Positions 10,228 to 21,667 of a stretch of 64,000 nucleotides of DNA are shown piece by piece. The notes below the pieces were generated by a model, which worked only from the letters and a program-made list of their open reading frames with translations, searched no databases and had not been told where the DNA came from. Source of the stretch: an uncultured Gammaproteobacteria bacterium (GTDB lineage: Bacteria > Pseudomonadota > Gammaproteobacteria > JABCZS01); contig CAWCVU010000006.1 of the NCBI GenBank assembly GCA_963798975.1, positions 34,682 to 98,681 of the forward strand. Reading direction: 5' to 3'. Position numbers and translations under genes: made by a program. Positions within the stretch are counted from its first letter, which is position 1, and each line of letters opens with the position of its first letter.

Positions 10228-11759
10228 TTATAATAACATTTGGCGCATATCGCCTAACATTTCACCTAAATACGTAATAAAATGTGCGCCTTGTGCACCA
10301 TCAATCGCGCGGTGATAGTAGGATAAAGACAAAGGCAACATTAATCGGGGCACAAAGATACCGTCTTTATAAACTGGGGCCATACGTGATTTAGACGCAC
10401 CTAAAATAGCTACATCTGGGGCATTGATTATCGGTGTAAAGGCCGTGCCACCGATGCCACCTAAACTGGAAATGGTAAAGCTGCTACCTTGCATCTCTTT
10501 CGGTGTTAAACTTCCTGCGCGGGCTTTTTCGCTGAAAGCCTTTAATTCTTCTGCTAATTCCATAAAACCTTTTAAGTTTACATCACGAATCACAGGGACA
10601 ACTAAACCATTAGGTGTATCAACTGCAACGCCGATATGAAAATATTTTTTCATAATTAATTGCTCGCCATTTGGCGCAAGAGACGCATTAAATGTGGGAA
10701 AGGCTTTGAGCGCAGCAACAGATGCTTTCATTAAAAATACTAAGGGTGTTAATTTTACCCCTTTTTCTTCAAATTTATTTTTGTTTTGCTGGCGAAACTC
10801 TTCTAAATCAGTAATATCAACTTCATCAAATTGGGTAACATGTGGGATGCTGACCCAATTACGATGTAAGAATTTAGCGCTTAATTTTTTAATACGTGAT
10901 AATTCTTGCAATTCTATGGGCCGAATTGTGAAAAATCCACAGTCGGCATAGGCTCTACAGCGAATCCCGCAGCGCCTGATTGTAGGCGATTTTTAATTAC
11001 ATTATTTAAATCATCTTTAGTGACTCGACCCTTTTCACCTGTAGGGGTAATCGTTTTTAAATCTATATTTAATTCACGCGCAAGACGTCGTACGCCTGGA
11101 CTTGCGTAAATGGAATCAGATGAAACAGGTTTTACTTCAGGTGCTGGTGTAGGTTTTGTTTCAGGACCGCTTATAGGTGTGGGTGCAGCTACACTTACAC
11201 TTTCGCTAGTTGTTAAACTACAAATCACTGAATCTTGGGCAACTTTATCACCCACTTTAATAGCGATATCATGAACAACGCCATCTATGGGTGATGGAAT
11301 TTCCATGGAGGCTTTATCGCTTTCTAATACCGCGAGTTTTGATTCTTCTTAATAGACATGCCCACTTGGATGGGAATCTCGATGACATCGACCTTATCAA
11401 AATTACCTATATCTGGCACGCGTATAATTTGTGTGTTTGCGCTAACGCTCGCAGGTGGCGGTGCAGGTGTTGGTGCAGGTGTTGGTGCTGATACAACAGG
11501 CGCGCTTTCTGGCACAGCTTCATTAGACTCTAGCGTTAATATAAAATCACCTTGTTTGATTTTATCGCCAATCTTAACATTGATCGCTTGAACCATGCCT
11601 GCTGCAGGTGATGGCACTTCCATCGAGGCCTTATCACTTTCTAAAGTAATTAAAGCTTGTTCTTTTTTTACCGTATCACCCGGTTTAATTTGAATTTCGA
11701 TGACGGTGACGGCATCGCTATTCCCCTAAATCTGGAACATTCACTGTTACTATGCTCAC
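10228..11759 (-). pseudogene. aceF: dihydrolipoamide acetyltransferase (E2), frameshifted
   Basis: Catalytic domain 10228..10911 ([15 protein letters not shown] = DHRxxDG-type motif). E3-binding plus lipoyl segment 10914..11306. Lipoyl domain 11324..11623. First lipoyl domain from the GTG at 11759 (VSIVTVNVPDLGE, stop, then ...LESDKASMEVPSP). Each piece is in a different frame. Confidence 0.85.
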
Positions 11760-11763
11760 AACG

Positions 11764-14424
11764 CTACTCCCTCGCTGGGTCCGGTTTATTCGGATTAATA
11801 TTAAATTTCTGCATGGCGCTGGTAACAACGCTTGCGGGTAATGACCCCAAATCAACTAAAGCTTTTAAAGCTGTAATTACAATAAAATCGCTATTCACTT
11901 CAAAGAAATAACGTAAACGCTCACGCGTATCACTGCGACCAAAACCATCTGTGCCAAGTGTTACATATTTTCCAGGAACAAAACCGCGAATTTGATCGGC
12001 GTATTCGCGCATATAATCCGTAGCAGCAATCACGGGACCTTGTTTATCTTTTAAACATTGCGTGACATAAGGCACTTGTTGCACGGCTTCTGGGTGCAAA
12101 TTATTTTCCCGCTCAAGATGCAAACCTTCGCGACGCAACTCAGTTAAAACTCGTAACACTCCAAATATCGCTGCTGACTTGATATTCAGTATTTAAAATT
12201 TCTGCAGCCTTGATGACTTCTCGTAAAATGGTGCCTGAACCTAATAATTGCACATGTAAAGATTTTACCGGCTGAACTTTGTAAACAATACATTCCTTTA
12301 ATAATGCCTTCTTCAGCATCTTCTGGCATCGCAGGATGTTCATAATTTTCATTCATCACAGTAATATAATAAAATACATTTTCTTTTTTCTCATACATAC
12401 GTTTTATACCATCTTGAATAATCACGGCTAATTCATAAGCAAAAGTAGGATCATAAGCTACACAATTAGGAATGGTGCTGCCAATAATATGACTGTGACC
12501 ATCTTGATGTTGTAATCCTTCCCCGGCTAAGGTGGTGCGTCCTGCAGTTGCCCCTAATAAAAATCCACGTGCCTGCGAATCACCTGCGGCCCAAGCTAAA
12601 TCCCCAATTCGTTGAAAACCAAACATGGAATAAAAAATATAAAAAGGAATCATGGTAAGGTTATAAGTACTGTAAGACGTTGCTGCGGCAATCCAGGAAC
12701 AAAAAGCACCGGCTTCATTGATGCCTTCTTCTAAAATTTGTCCATCTTTTGCTTCGCGATAATACATCACTTGTCATGATCGACAGGCTCATAGAGTTGC
12801 CCTACAGGGAATAGATCCCAATTGACGAAATAAACCTTCCATACCAAAGGTTCGAGCTTCATCGGGAACAATAGGCACAATGCATTGTTCCTAAATGCTT
12901 TATCTTTAAATAAGATCGTTAACAATCGCACAAAAGCCATGGTTGTAGAAATTTCGCGCTCACCGGTCCTTTTAATATGGCTTCAAATACAGAAAGGTTA
13001 GGAATAGGTAAGGTTTCATCCGCTTCATACGTCGTGAAGGTAAATAGCCACCCGAGTTTTTCGCGTTTTGCTTTCAAATATTGAATTTCTGGGCTGTTTT
13101 CATGCGGGTTTATAAAAAGGGAAATTAGCAATTTTTTCTTCCGGCATGGGAATATTAAAACGTCTTGAAATTCCTTTAATGCTTCAACATTCATTTTCTT
13201 GCGTTATGGGTAATATTAAGTGCTTCACCCGCGGCTCCCATGCCATAACCTTTAACCGTTTTTGCTAAAATGACCGTAGGTTGGCCCTTATGTTAACGGC
13301 GGCATGATAGGCTGCATAAACTTTTTGCACATCGTGTCCTCCACGATATAAATGCCAAATTTCTTCATCGGTTAAATCCGCCACCATTTCTTTTAATTCA
13401 GGATATTTACCAAAAAAATGTTCTCGAGTATAAGCGCCATCCTCGTGCTTTATAATTTTGATAATCGCCATCGACGGCTTCATCCATCCGTTTCAGCAAT
13501 AGCCCGTTTTATCTTTAGCCAATAAAGCGATCCCACGTCCACCCCAGATCACTTTAATGACATTCCAGCCGGCGCCCGAAAAAGAGATTCAAATTCTTGA
13601 ATGATTTTACCATTGCCACGCACCGGACCATCTAATCGTTGTAAATTACAATTGACCACAAAAATTAAATTATCGAGTTTTTCACGTGCCGCAATGATTA
13701 AGGCCCCAGTGGATTCTGGCTCATCCATTTCACCATCACCACAAAAACACCATACTTTGCGATCTGGGTATTTATCAATCGCGTGCTTCTAAATATTTCA
13801 TAAAACGGGCTTGATAAATAGCTTGTATGGGCCCTAGTCCCATGGAAACCGTTGGAAATTGCCAATAATCAGGCATTAGCCAAGGATGGGGATAGGATGA
13901 TAAACCATCTGTTTCGACTTCTTGACGAAAATGATTGAGTTGTTCTTCGGTAAGTCATCCCTTCTAAGAAACGAGCGTGCATAAATGCCTGGTGAACTAT
14001 GCCCTTGAATATAAAGTAAATCACCGCCATGGGTCGCCGTTTGGGCATGGAAAAAATGATTAAAACCCACTTCATATAAATTAGCGGCTGAAGCATAAGA
14101 GGCAATATGCCCGCCTAATTCTGGGGCTTTATATCCGGCACGCAAGACCATCGCAACGGCATTCCAGCGAATAATGGCATCTAAGCGCTTTTCAAGCGCT
14201 TTATTGCCCGGGTAGACAGGTTGTTGTTCTACAGGAATCGTATTGATATAAGAGGTATTAAACCCATCAGGGAGCGTGATACCTAGCTGCTGTGCTTGTT
14301 TTTGTAACTGAGTTAACAAAAATTGTGCACGAGCAGCGCCTTCACGCTCGATAACTTCCTCTAATGCTTCTAACCATTCCTCGGTTTGCAAAGGATCATT
14401 GTCAAATAACTCACTTCCAGCCAT
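11764..14424 (-). pseudogene. aceE: pyruvate dehydrogenase E1 component, full length (about 887 codons) but heavily frameshifted
   Basis: Seven track ORFs in all three minus frames (13876..14424, 13869..14105, 13265..13483, 12919..13194, 12186..12770, 12140..12352, 11764..12159). Together they read as an AceE-type E1. Gaps between them hold no ORF of 60 aa or more. Confidence 0.85.
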
Positions 14425-14497
14425 AAAATCTCTTTTAGTTTAAGCGTAACTTTTTTTAAGCCCGCTTAGTATCCCTATTTTTAGCGGGAATTGCAAT

Positions 14498-15349
14498 CTA
14501 TAGAAACGCATGGCCTAAAGTTGCTACCGCTGCAACCAACACCCAGATAATCAATCCGCGTTGTACAACGCCTTGTGCTTTTAGATTTTCTTCCCGAGTG
14601 GCCTTTTCTGCACTTTCTGTTGTTAAAGAAGCCATCCCTGAATCAATTAATACTTCTTTGCAACGATCAGCTTTTACCAAATCATTTTTCCAGGTATCAA
14701 AACCAGGTAAAAAGTTTCCGGTTAAAGTGTAACTTAATGCCGCCAACCGTGAGGGGATCCAGGCGATAACCCAATATAATTGATATACTTGGCTCGCATA
14801 ATTAGGATAAAAATCTGCTTGATAACGAGCGGCCGTTTCTTGCATCCAGCTCACCATCCGAAATAACAGCGCGCCAACCGGGCCTAGAATTAAAAACCAA
14901 AATATCACACCAAAAAAACGCTCATGCGCTTGCCAAAAAATCAATTCACTGACACCGCGGTGAAATGATTTACCATCCAGTAAATTACCCGCAGCAGCTT
15001 TTACATCCGCTTCTGTTTTTACAACATCAGCATCTTTTTTCAAATAATGCACTAAGGTTTCTTGTAAGGCAGTTGGGCCAAAACAAAACCATAAAACAGC
15101 AAAACCTATGGCCAGTTCAATAATACCTGAGAATTGACCCATGATACCCCAAAGGATAGCTAGGATAATAATGGCCGGTACTAATATAATCGCAATGGCT
15201 ACGGGACCACCCCAAATGCTTTTATTATCACCCAAGAGTGTTTTTATCCATTGCACATAGTGATCAAACCAGGCCTGGTTACGCCAACGCGCACCGGTAT
15301 CAAAATAATAATCCAGCCATAAACATGCTAAAAGAAGTGTCAGTTTCAT
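14498..15349 (-). CDS. ampE: AmpE-like inner-membrane regulatory protein
   Basis: 283-aa multi-pass membrane protein immediately downstream of ampD. Its size and topology resemble E. coli AmpE. Confidence 0.7.
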   Translation of the reverse strand: MKLTLLLACLWLDYYFDTGARWRNQAWFDHYVQWIKTLLGDNKSIWGGPVAIAIILVPAIIILAILWGIMGQFSGIIELAIGFAVLWFCFGPTALQETLVHYLKKDADVVKTEADVKAAAGNLLDGKSFHRGVSELIFWQAHERFFGVIFWFLILGPVGALLFRMVSWMQETAARYQADFYPNYASQVYQLYWVIAWIPSRLAALSYTLTGNFLPGFDTWKNDLVKADRCKEVLIDSGMASLTTESAEKATREENLKAQGVVQRGLIIWVLVAAVATLGHAFL

Positions 15350-15361
15350 GATTCATCCCTG

Positions 15362-15913
15362 TTATGTATGTTGTTTCAACAAAGTCCTAAAATAAGTCCA
15401 ATCAAACGCGGCGCCCGGATCAGTTTTTCTTATAGGGGCAATATCACAGTGTCCTATAATACGTTCAACTGTAATGCTTGAATACTGCTGCATTAAAACC
15501 CGAGTCAGTTCAACCAACGCTTTATACTGTTTGTCAGTATAGGCGGTATTATCCGTGCCTTCTAATTCTATACCTATAGAATAGTCATTACATGCAGAAC
15601 GGCCTTTAAATTCTGAAACACCCGCATGCCAGGCACGATCATTAAAAGATACAAATTGAGTGAGTCGACCCTCTCTATCAATCAACACATGTGCCGATAC
15701 ACGTGTTGGCAGTATTGTAGCAAAATAAGGATGATCTGTCGCGAGCAATTGATTCGTAAATAATTTCTCAATATTTCCCCCACCAAATTCGCCCGGCGGC
15801 AAACTGATATTGTGAACAACCAATAAGTCAAGCGTCATACCCAATGGACGTGCATCGCAATTAGGCGATAAACATGCTTTTATATCTTCTAACCAACCGT
15901 GTTTTATTTTCAT
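15362..15913 (-). CDS. ampD: 1,6-anhydro-N-acetylmuramyl-L-alanine amidase AmpD
   Basis: 183-aa amidase_2 family ORF (VVHNISLPPGEFGG, AWHAGVS, IGIELEG, GHCDIAP). Confidence 0.9.
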   Translation of the reverse strand: MKIKHGWLEDIKACLSPNCDARPLGMTLDLLVVHNISLPPGEFGGGNIEKLFTNQLLATDHPYFATILPTRVSAHVLIDREGRLTQFVSFNDRAWHAGVSEFKGRSACNDYSIGIELEGTDNTAYTDKQYKALVELTRVLMQQYSSITVERIIGHCDIAPIRKTDPGAAFDWTYFRTLLKQHT

Positions 15914-16002
15914 GTTTTTATTCTAACGCATTGACAACAATATGTCTGTAATGTTAGCGTATTGCCTTGTCTTGATCACCTGCGTAATAGAAGGATGTAT
16001 TT

Positions 16003-17288
16003 ATGAAGCCCACTTTTGTTTTTTATTCTAGTTTGTGTACTTTATTATTAGCCTTTCCTGTATACGCGATACCCACCGACGGTATTGAAGAAAATGACGA
16101 ACTCGATCAAGAGATGGATTTTCCTGATGAACCTTACTACCCGCCTGAAGAGGAAGAAGACGATAAACCTTTGCCTTTAAGTGAACGCATGGGTTATAAC
16201 GACGGATTTTATATTCGTAATGCCGACAACACTTTTTCATTATTCTTTAACGGCTTATTACAAGTCCGTTATATTTATTCGCACGCTGACAGTGTACCCG
16301 ATACTGAAAATACTGATTATTATCGATTCGAGCTGCGCCGTACTGATTTATATTTTTCAGGTCATTTTCTTGATGAGTCTTGGACTTATGTCTTGGGCAC
16401 AGAAGCAGGTCCCGATGGTACCTTTGCGGTCGACGATGTTTATATTGCTAAAGCATTTACTGAAAATACTTGGGCACAAGCCGGACAATTTTCAACACCC
16501 TTTTTACGTGAAACTTTAATTTCAAGCACACGCCAACTTGCCGTTGAGCGATCATTGGTTTCAAAGTTTTTCTCAACCAATAATTCAACAGGACTTTTAT
16601 TTGGTACCGAAGATGATGAATTCAAATGGGAAATCGCCTTTACCAATGGTTATTTTGCGCATGATTCCTACCCGGATGAAACAAACGAAAACGAAGACGT
16701 TGTCAATCATGATTTTCAAAATGGTCAAAGTTATTCAGCCATTACCCGTTTAGAATTTATACCATTGGGTGAATGGGAAGAATTCCGTGGTTTTAATTCT
16801 TTTGGTGAAAATAATTTGGGCTTACTCATCGGTGTCGCAGCGGCTTATCAACGCGATAATGATAATGCAGATATTGAAGAAATGTCAGGAACAGTGGATA
16901 TCACTTTCCAAGGTGGTGGTTGGAGTACTTTTGCTATGGGCGCCATCACACAAGATCTTCAAAATGATGACAGCGCTTCTTATGGTGCACAACTTCAAGG
17001 CGGTATTTTCGTCGATGAAGATCTCGATACCGTTGAATTATTCTCACGTTATGAATGGGGTCAATCCAATACCCATGTAGACTTTATTGAACCAGACCAT
17101 GAAGACCTAAACATATTAACCGCTGGATTTAATTATTATATCTACCCAGACACTTAAAATTAAGTACTGACTTTGGTTACTCCTTTAGCGCTATCGGAGA
17201 AAACTGGGCCAATACCACCGACGGTTGGCGCACCAGCAACGACAGTGGTGAATGGGTTGCACGTTCGCAATTACAATTAGTTATTTAG
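16003..17288 (+). CDS. porin-like outer-membrane protein with acidic/Pro-rich N-terminal extension; 3'-terminal frameshift as assembled
   Basis: The ORF 16003..17157 has a signal peptide and alternating beta-strand character. The conserved last roughly 42 aa (HLKLSTDFGYSFSAIGENWANTTDGWRTSNDSGEWVARSQLQLVI*) continue in another frame to 17288. They match the C-terminus of the downstream paralog. Confidence 0.6.
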
Positions 17289-17291
17289 TAT

Positions 17292-18502
17292 TTTGGTTCA
17301 AATACACGATTGCAGCGAGTTTACTTTTTTGCGCTTGCACGGCAACTGCAGAGAGTACTAACAATCTCAGCAAAAATGAGGCGATGGATTTTCCAGATGA
17401 ATCCATCCGGCTCCTGCTGAAAGCGAACATCAATTACCTGCAAACCAATTCTATGGTTATGATGATGGTTTCTATATCCATAATTCAGACAATACATTTT
17501 CCCTAAAATTCAATGGCCTGATTCAGGCACGCTATCTTTATTCAGCAGTAGAAGGGTTAGACGATTATCAACGTTTTGAATTAAGACGGACTAAATTATT
17601 TTTTACAGGACATTTTATTGATGAATCCTGGAATTATGTTTCGGGATGCAAGCAGGTCCCAATGGTACTATTGCCATAGACGAAGCTTATATCGCAAAAG
17701 CATTTACTAAAAATACCTGGACACAAGTGGGGCAATTTAATACAACCTTATTGCGTGAGTTTACCATTTCAAGTTCAAGACAATTGGCAATTGAACAATT
17801 TATCGTTGGGACAATATTATTCTGTAAAAGATACGAATGGTATTTTATTTGGTACAGAACAAGGTCCTATCAAATGGACACTTTCTGCTAATAATGGTTA
17901 TTTCCAGCCAACGGAAGATGAAAATCAAAATATTGTTGATGAAGAGTTTCAAGATGGCGCCACCTATGCTTTTTTGACACGTTTAGAATATAAACTTTTA
18001 GGTAACTGGCAAGAGTTACGGGATTATAATTCACCCAGCGGCAATGAAAAAGGTTTGCTGTTAGGACTAGGCGCAGGATCAACGTAATAATAATATTCAT
18101 ACCCCGCATCAGGAATTTACTACCGGTACTGCGGACCTCAACGTTCAAGGCAGTGGCTGGAGTACTTTTGCTATGATGGCCGCTAATAAAGATCAACTAG
18201 TGATGATCCCACCGTTTATGGTTCAGTTGCCCAAGCAGGTCTTTTTGTCGACCCGCATCAAGATAAATTTGAATTGTTTTCACGCTATGAATGGGGCAAT
18301 GGCAAGAGTGAAGAAAATTTAAGTTTAGTAACCGCCAGCACCAATTACTATTTAGATCCAAAACATCTCAAGATCTCAGGTGATTTTGGCTATGCATTCC
18401 ACAGGCGTCGCCCCCATTTGGGAAGATGTCATCGATGGTTGGCGCGCAACCCAAGAAACCGGCCAATGGGTAGTGCGAACACAACTACAAGTCGTACTTT
18501 AA
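17292..18502 (+). pseudogene. paralog of the upstream porin-like gene, multiply frameshifted
   Basis: Pieces 17252..17506, 17646..17891, 17755..18087 and 18274..18522 in different frames align to the 16003 gene (MDFPDE, GYDDGFYI.N.DNTFSL.FNGL.Q.RY, ELRRT.L.F.GHF.DESW.YV, AYIAKAFT.NTW.Q.GQF). The tail GVAPIWEDVIDGWRATQETGQWVVRTQLQVVL* was read by me. The start coordinate is approximate. Confidence 0.7.
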
Positions 18503-19672
18503 TCGCGCCGCAATTTATCTGATATGGCTATCGGCGTTGGATATTTCATGACAATAACATAAGATGAAACAATAAATGTTATTATTGCCGTGGTTTCAAT
18601 TAAGTAATACATTGGGGTGCTAATAACACTATGCTCATGTGCGACATAAGCAATCAAGAGCGAGAAACTCACTGACCTGCCCTAAACGTACACCAATTTC
18701 TAACGATTGATTTTTAATTTCTTTGATACGCTTAAGTAACAATGAAAACACTAAAGGCTTGAGTAATAACATTAAGATCGCTAATACCGCTGCAAGGAAA
18801 TATCATTCATCGCCGACCATATGCAAACTAAAATCCTGCGCCTAATGAAAAGAAAAATAATACTAAGAAAAAATCCCTTAAAGGTTTTAAGCTTTCAAAA
18901 TAAATAATGCTATGGGCCCGCTGGCTATCGCAACGCCCGCTATAAATGCACCGATTTCATGGGATAAATGCATGCTGTGCGCAAGTTCAGCTATAGCCAA
19001 ACACCAACCGATTGCAATTAAAAATATAAACTCTTGAATTTTATCAAAACGAGAAATTAATTTTGTTAAAATATAACGTTCGAAAAAATAACAAAATGCA
19101 CTTAATAGTGGCAAGGCGATGACCATTTGTATAATTTCCCAAACGTTTAAGCCAGGGCCACCTGCCGCATTAATTAATAACATAACTGCAATCGCAATTA
19201 AATCTTGGAGTAATAAAATACTGATGACAATTTCACCGGTATGTTGATGATGAAGCACTGTTGTAGGTAATAATTTTAGACCAATAATAGTACTTGAAAA
19301 CATCATAGAGGCTGCAACGACTAATGATTCAGTGGTAGAAAAGCCAAAAAATGTTGCAATGCCAAAACCAACTAAGCAAAAATCAGATGAACTAATCAAA
19401 ATACATCCCATTCGTGCTTTTTAACAAACGAATTAAATCTTTAGATCCAGATTTAAACCTAATAGAAATAATAAGAAAATAATTCCAATATCGGAGATAT
19501 GAGAAATTAAAGCGGGATCATCGACCCATTGTAAGCCCCAAGGACCTATGATAACACCCAGTGCCATATAGGCGACAATTAAAGATTGGCGGGTATATAA
19601 GGCCAGCGTCGCAAGAATAGACGCACCGGTAAAAATAAGAAAAATATAAAAAATGACTGGAGTCGTGTCCAT
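18499..19672 (-). pseudogene. CPA2-family cation:proton antiporter (Kef/YbaL-like membrane domain), frameshifted
   Basis: N-terminal piece 19433..19672, then piece 18887..19411. The remainder (LKPLRDFFLVLFFFSLGAGF ... IGVRLGQVSEFSLLIAYVA ... KYPTPIAISDKLRRD*) is readable only by switching frames. Confidence 0.7.
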
Positions 19673-19960
19673 ATACCCTTACCCAAATGAAAAATTAAAT
19701 ATCCCAGATATTTAACTTAAAGTCAAAATAATTATAAATATACTAAATTTATACCTATTACACTTGAACATGCGAACTCCGTCATTGCGAGCGAAGCGAG
19801 AACAAATGTTCGCATCTTGAAATAGAACGGGTATAGAATCTCGTACATAGTTATTCCACTTGCATTTTATTTCTAGCCATGTTATTATGCGCCGATGACT
19901 GAGCTTAACCTTCATTCATTAGTATAAACTTTTTGATTTAACTAACTAGAGAGGTATCCC

Positions 19961-20426
19961 ATGCACCAAGTTCCTTTATTGCAAACTCAAGATAACGTAA
20001 ATAACACAGATTGTACAAAAGAAAACCGAAAAAGAAACAATCATTGTTATAGGCATTGCTACGACAGCAGGCGGATCAACGCTTCTATGGTTAGGTTCAT
20101 GGCTAGGTCAGTATTTAGCGAATCAGGATAGTTCAGACAAGCCAAGCGCAGCTGACCCATCTAGGACTTATGCTGATATATATCAGAAGGCTTCTGATGA
20201 TTTCGAGAAAGCAGCCCAAGTGGGTACGCTTATTTTTCTTAGTTCGGCAGTTCTTTATGGTGTGGGTAAAGCGATTCAAAATCCCGCTGCGGTGAAACGT
20301 ACAATGGCTAATGCTTGGGAATACATTAAGTATCCATTCGTCTCCAAACAAGCTAATCAGGTTAATCAGGCTAATATTAATGACGCTGAGCATGGTTATA
20401 ACAATACAGCAACCGCGTCTAAGTAA
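19961..20426 (+). CDS. small hypothetical membrane protein, possibly frameshifted in an A-rich tract near the 5' end
   Basis: ATG at 19961 preceded by GAGAGG. That frame stops after about 50 codons. The frame of track ORF 20220..20426 is open back to about 20001 (KKTEKETIIVIGIATTAGGSTLLWLGSWLG...). A frame switch would fall in acaaaagaaaaccgaaaaag. Confidence 0.35.
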
Positions 20427-20537
20427 TAGTCCTGCAATATCCGGCATCTAGGGTGCCGGATAAAGTAAATACAATTTAAGCAAATAGACTATTCTTCAGA
20501 AGCCTTTGCCGCTATTGTTATACTGCATCTTTCTTCG

Positions 20538-20878
20538 TCAATTTTTCTGAATACGTGCAGATTTACCGGCACGATCACGTAAATAATATAATTTTGCACT
20601 GCGCACATCACCGGTTTTTTCACAGTAACACTGTGTATCATACGACTATGCGTTTGAAAAGTCCGCTCAACACCTTCACCGTAAGAAATTTTACGAACAA
20701 TAAAAGATGAATTCAAACCACGGTTACGTTTTGCGATGACAACACCTTCGAAGGCTTGCAAACGTTCGCGACTGGCTTCAATTACGCGAACCTGTACCAC
20801 AACGGTATCACCGGGTGAGAAATTGGGAATATCCGTTCTCATTTGTTCACGTTCGATTTTATCAATAATATTACTCAT
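20538..20878 (-). CDS. rplS: 50S ribosomal protein L19; 1-nt frameshift in an A6 run as assembled
   Basis: N-terminal 88 aa are typical L19 ([34 protein letters not shown]). After GTGAAAAAACC (minus-strand A-run = plus 20615..20620) the conserved tail [24 protein letters not shown] is in the +1 frame and ends at 20538. The track ORF instead runs to 20489. Confidence 0.85.
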
Positions 20879-20893
20879 TTACTTAAAACTCCC

Positions 20894-21666
20894 TTACTCT
20901 TCGTTAAAATTACTCGGATTCTTTTCATAGGCATGAATAAATTCACGCAATAAAATTTGTTGCTCTGGGTCCATGCGCATGTTTTTAAGTAAACTCGGTT
21001 TACGTAACCACGTTCTACCCAAAGCTTGTTGCAAACGCCATTTACGTACGCTGTCATGATTGCCACTGGCCAATACACTCGGCACACGTTGTCCTTCAAA
21101 AATCTCTGGCCGCGTTATAATGCGGATGATCTAATAATGAATCGCTAAATGAATCTTCTCAGGGCCGATTGCTCAGAATGAAGAGCGCCTGGCAATAAAC
21201 GTATCACCGCATCCATAATCACCATCGCAGCTAATTCGCCGCCACTTAACACATAATCCCCTATCGAAATTTCTTCATCGACATATTGCGTGACTATACG
21301 CTCATCGATGCCTTCATAACGGCCAGCAATTAATATCAATTGCCCGCAGGTGGTTAATTCACGTACTTTAGATTGTGTTAAAGAAGATCCTTGTGGACTT
21401 AAATACACAACCTTCGATGGCTCTAAAGTACTCGCATCTTGCGCGGCAAAAATAGCATCACGCAAAGGCTCTGGTTTCATCACCATTCCAGGACCACCAC
21501 CGTAAGACTTATCATCTACAGTGTGATGTTTATCTTCTGCAAAATCACGAGGATTCCAATAATTCACCATCGCTAAACGATTACGAACTGCTCGACCGGT
21601 AATACCCACGTCGGTCACCGCAGTAAACATTTCAGGAAACAAGGTAATGATATCAAAGCGCAACAT
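20894..21666 (-). CDS. trmD: tRNA (guanine37-N1)-methyltransferase; two frameshifts as assembled
   Basis: ORF 21145..21666 is the N-terminal TrmD ([26 protein letters not shown]). The middle segment [16 protein letters not shown] lies in a second frame. [38 protein letters not shown] lies in a third frame (ORF 20894..21085). The shifts are near 21155-21162 and 21105-21113. Confidence 0.85.
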
Positions 21667-21667
21667 A

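Noticed and set aside
11440-11500. A short tandem DNA repeat (ggtgcaggtgttggtgcaggtgttggtgct) that could be a VNTR
   Set aside because: On the coding (minus) strand it encodes the Ala/Pro-rich inter-domain linker (APTPAPTPAPPPA) typical of E2 lipoyl-domain linkers, so it is explained by the aceF gene.
19712-19915. A 67-aa minus-strand ORF and an inverted repeat (atgcgaac at 19770..19777, gttcgcat at 19808..19815) around the string gtcattgcgagcgaagcgag
   Set aside because: The ORF has no supporting features and sits in an AT-rich promoter-like gap. The hairpin is short (8 bp) and single-copy in this window. The inner string reminds me of repeat-derived sequences seen in other intracellular bacteria, but I cannot substantiate that without a search.
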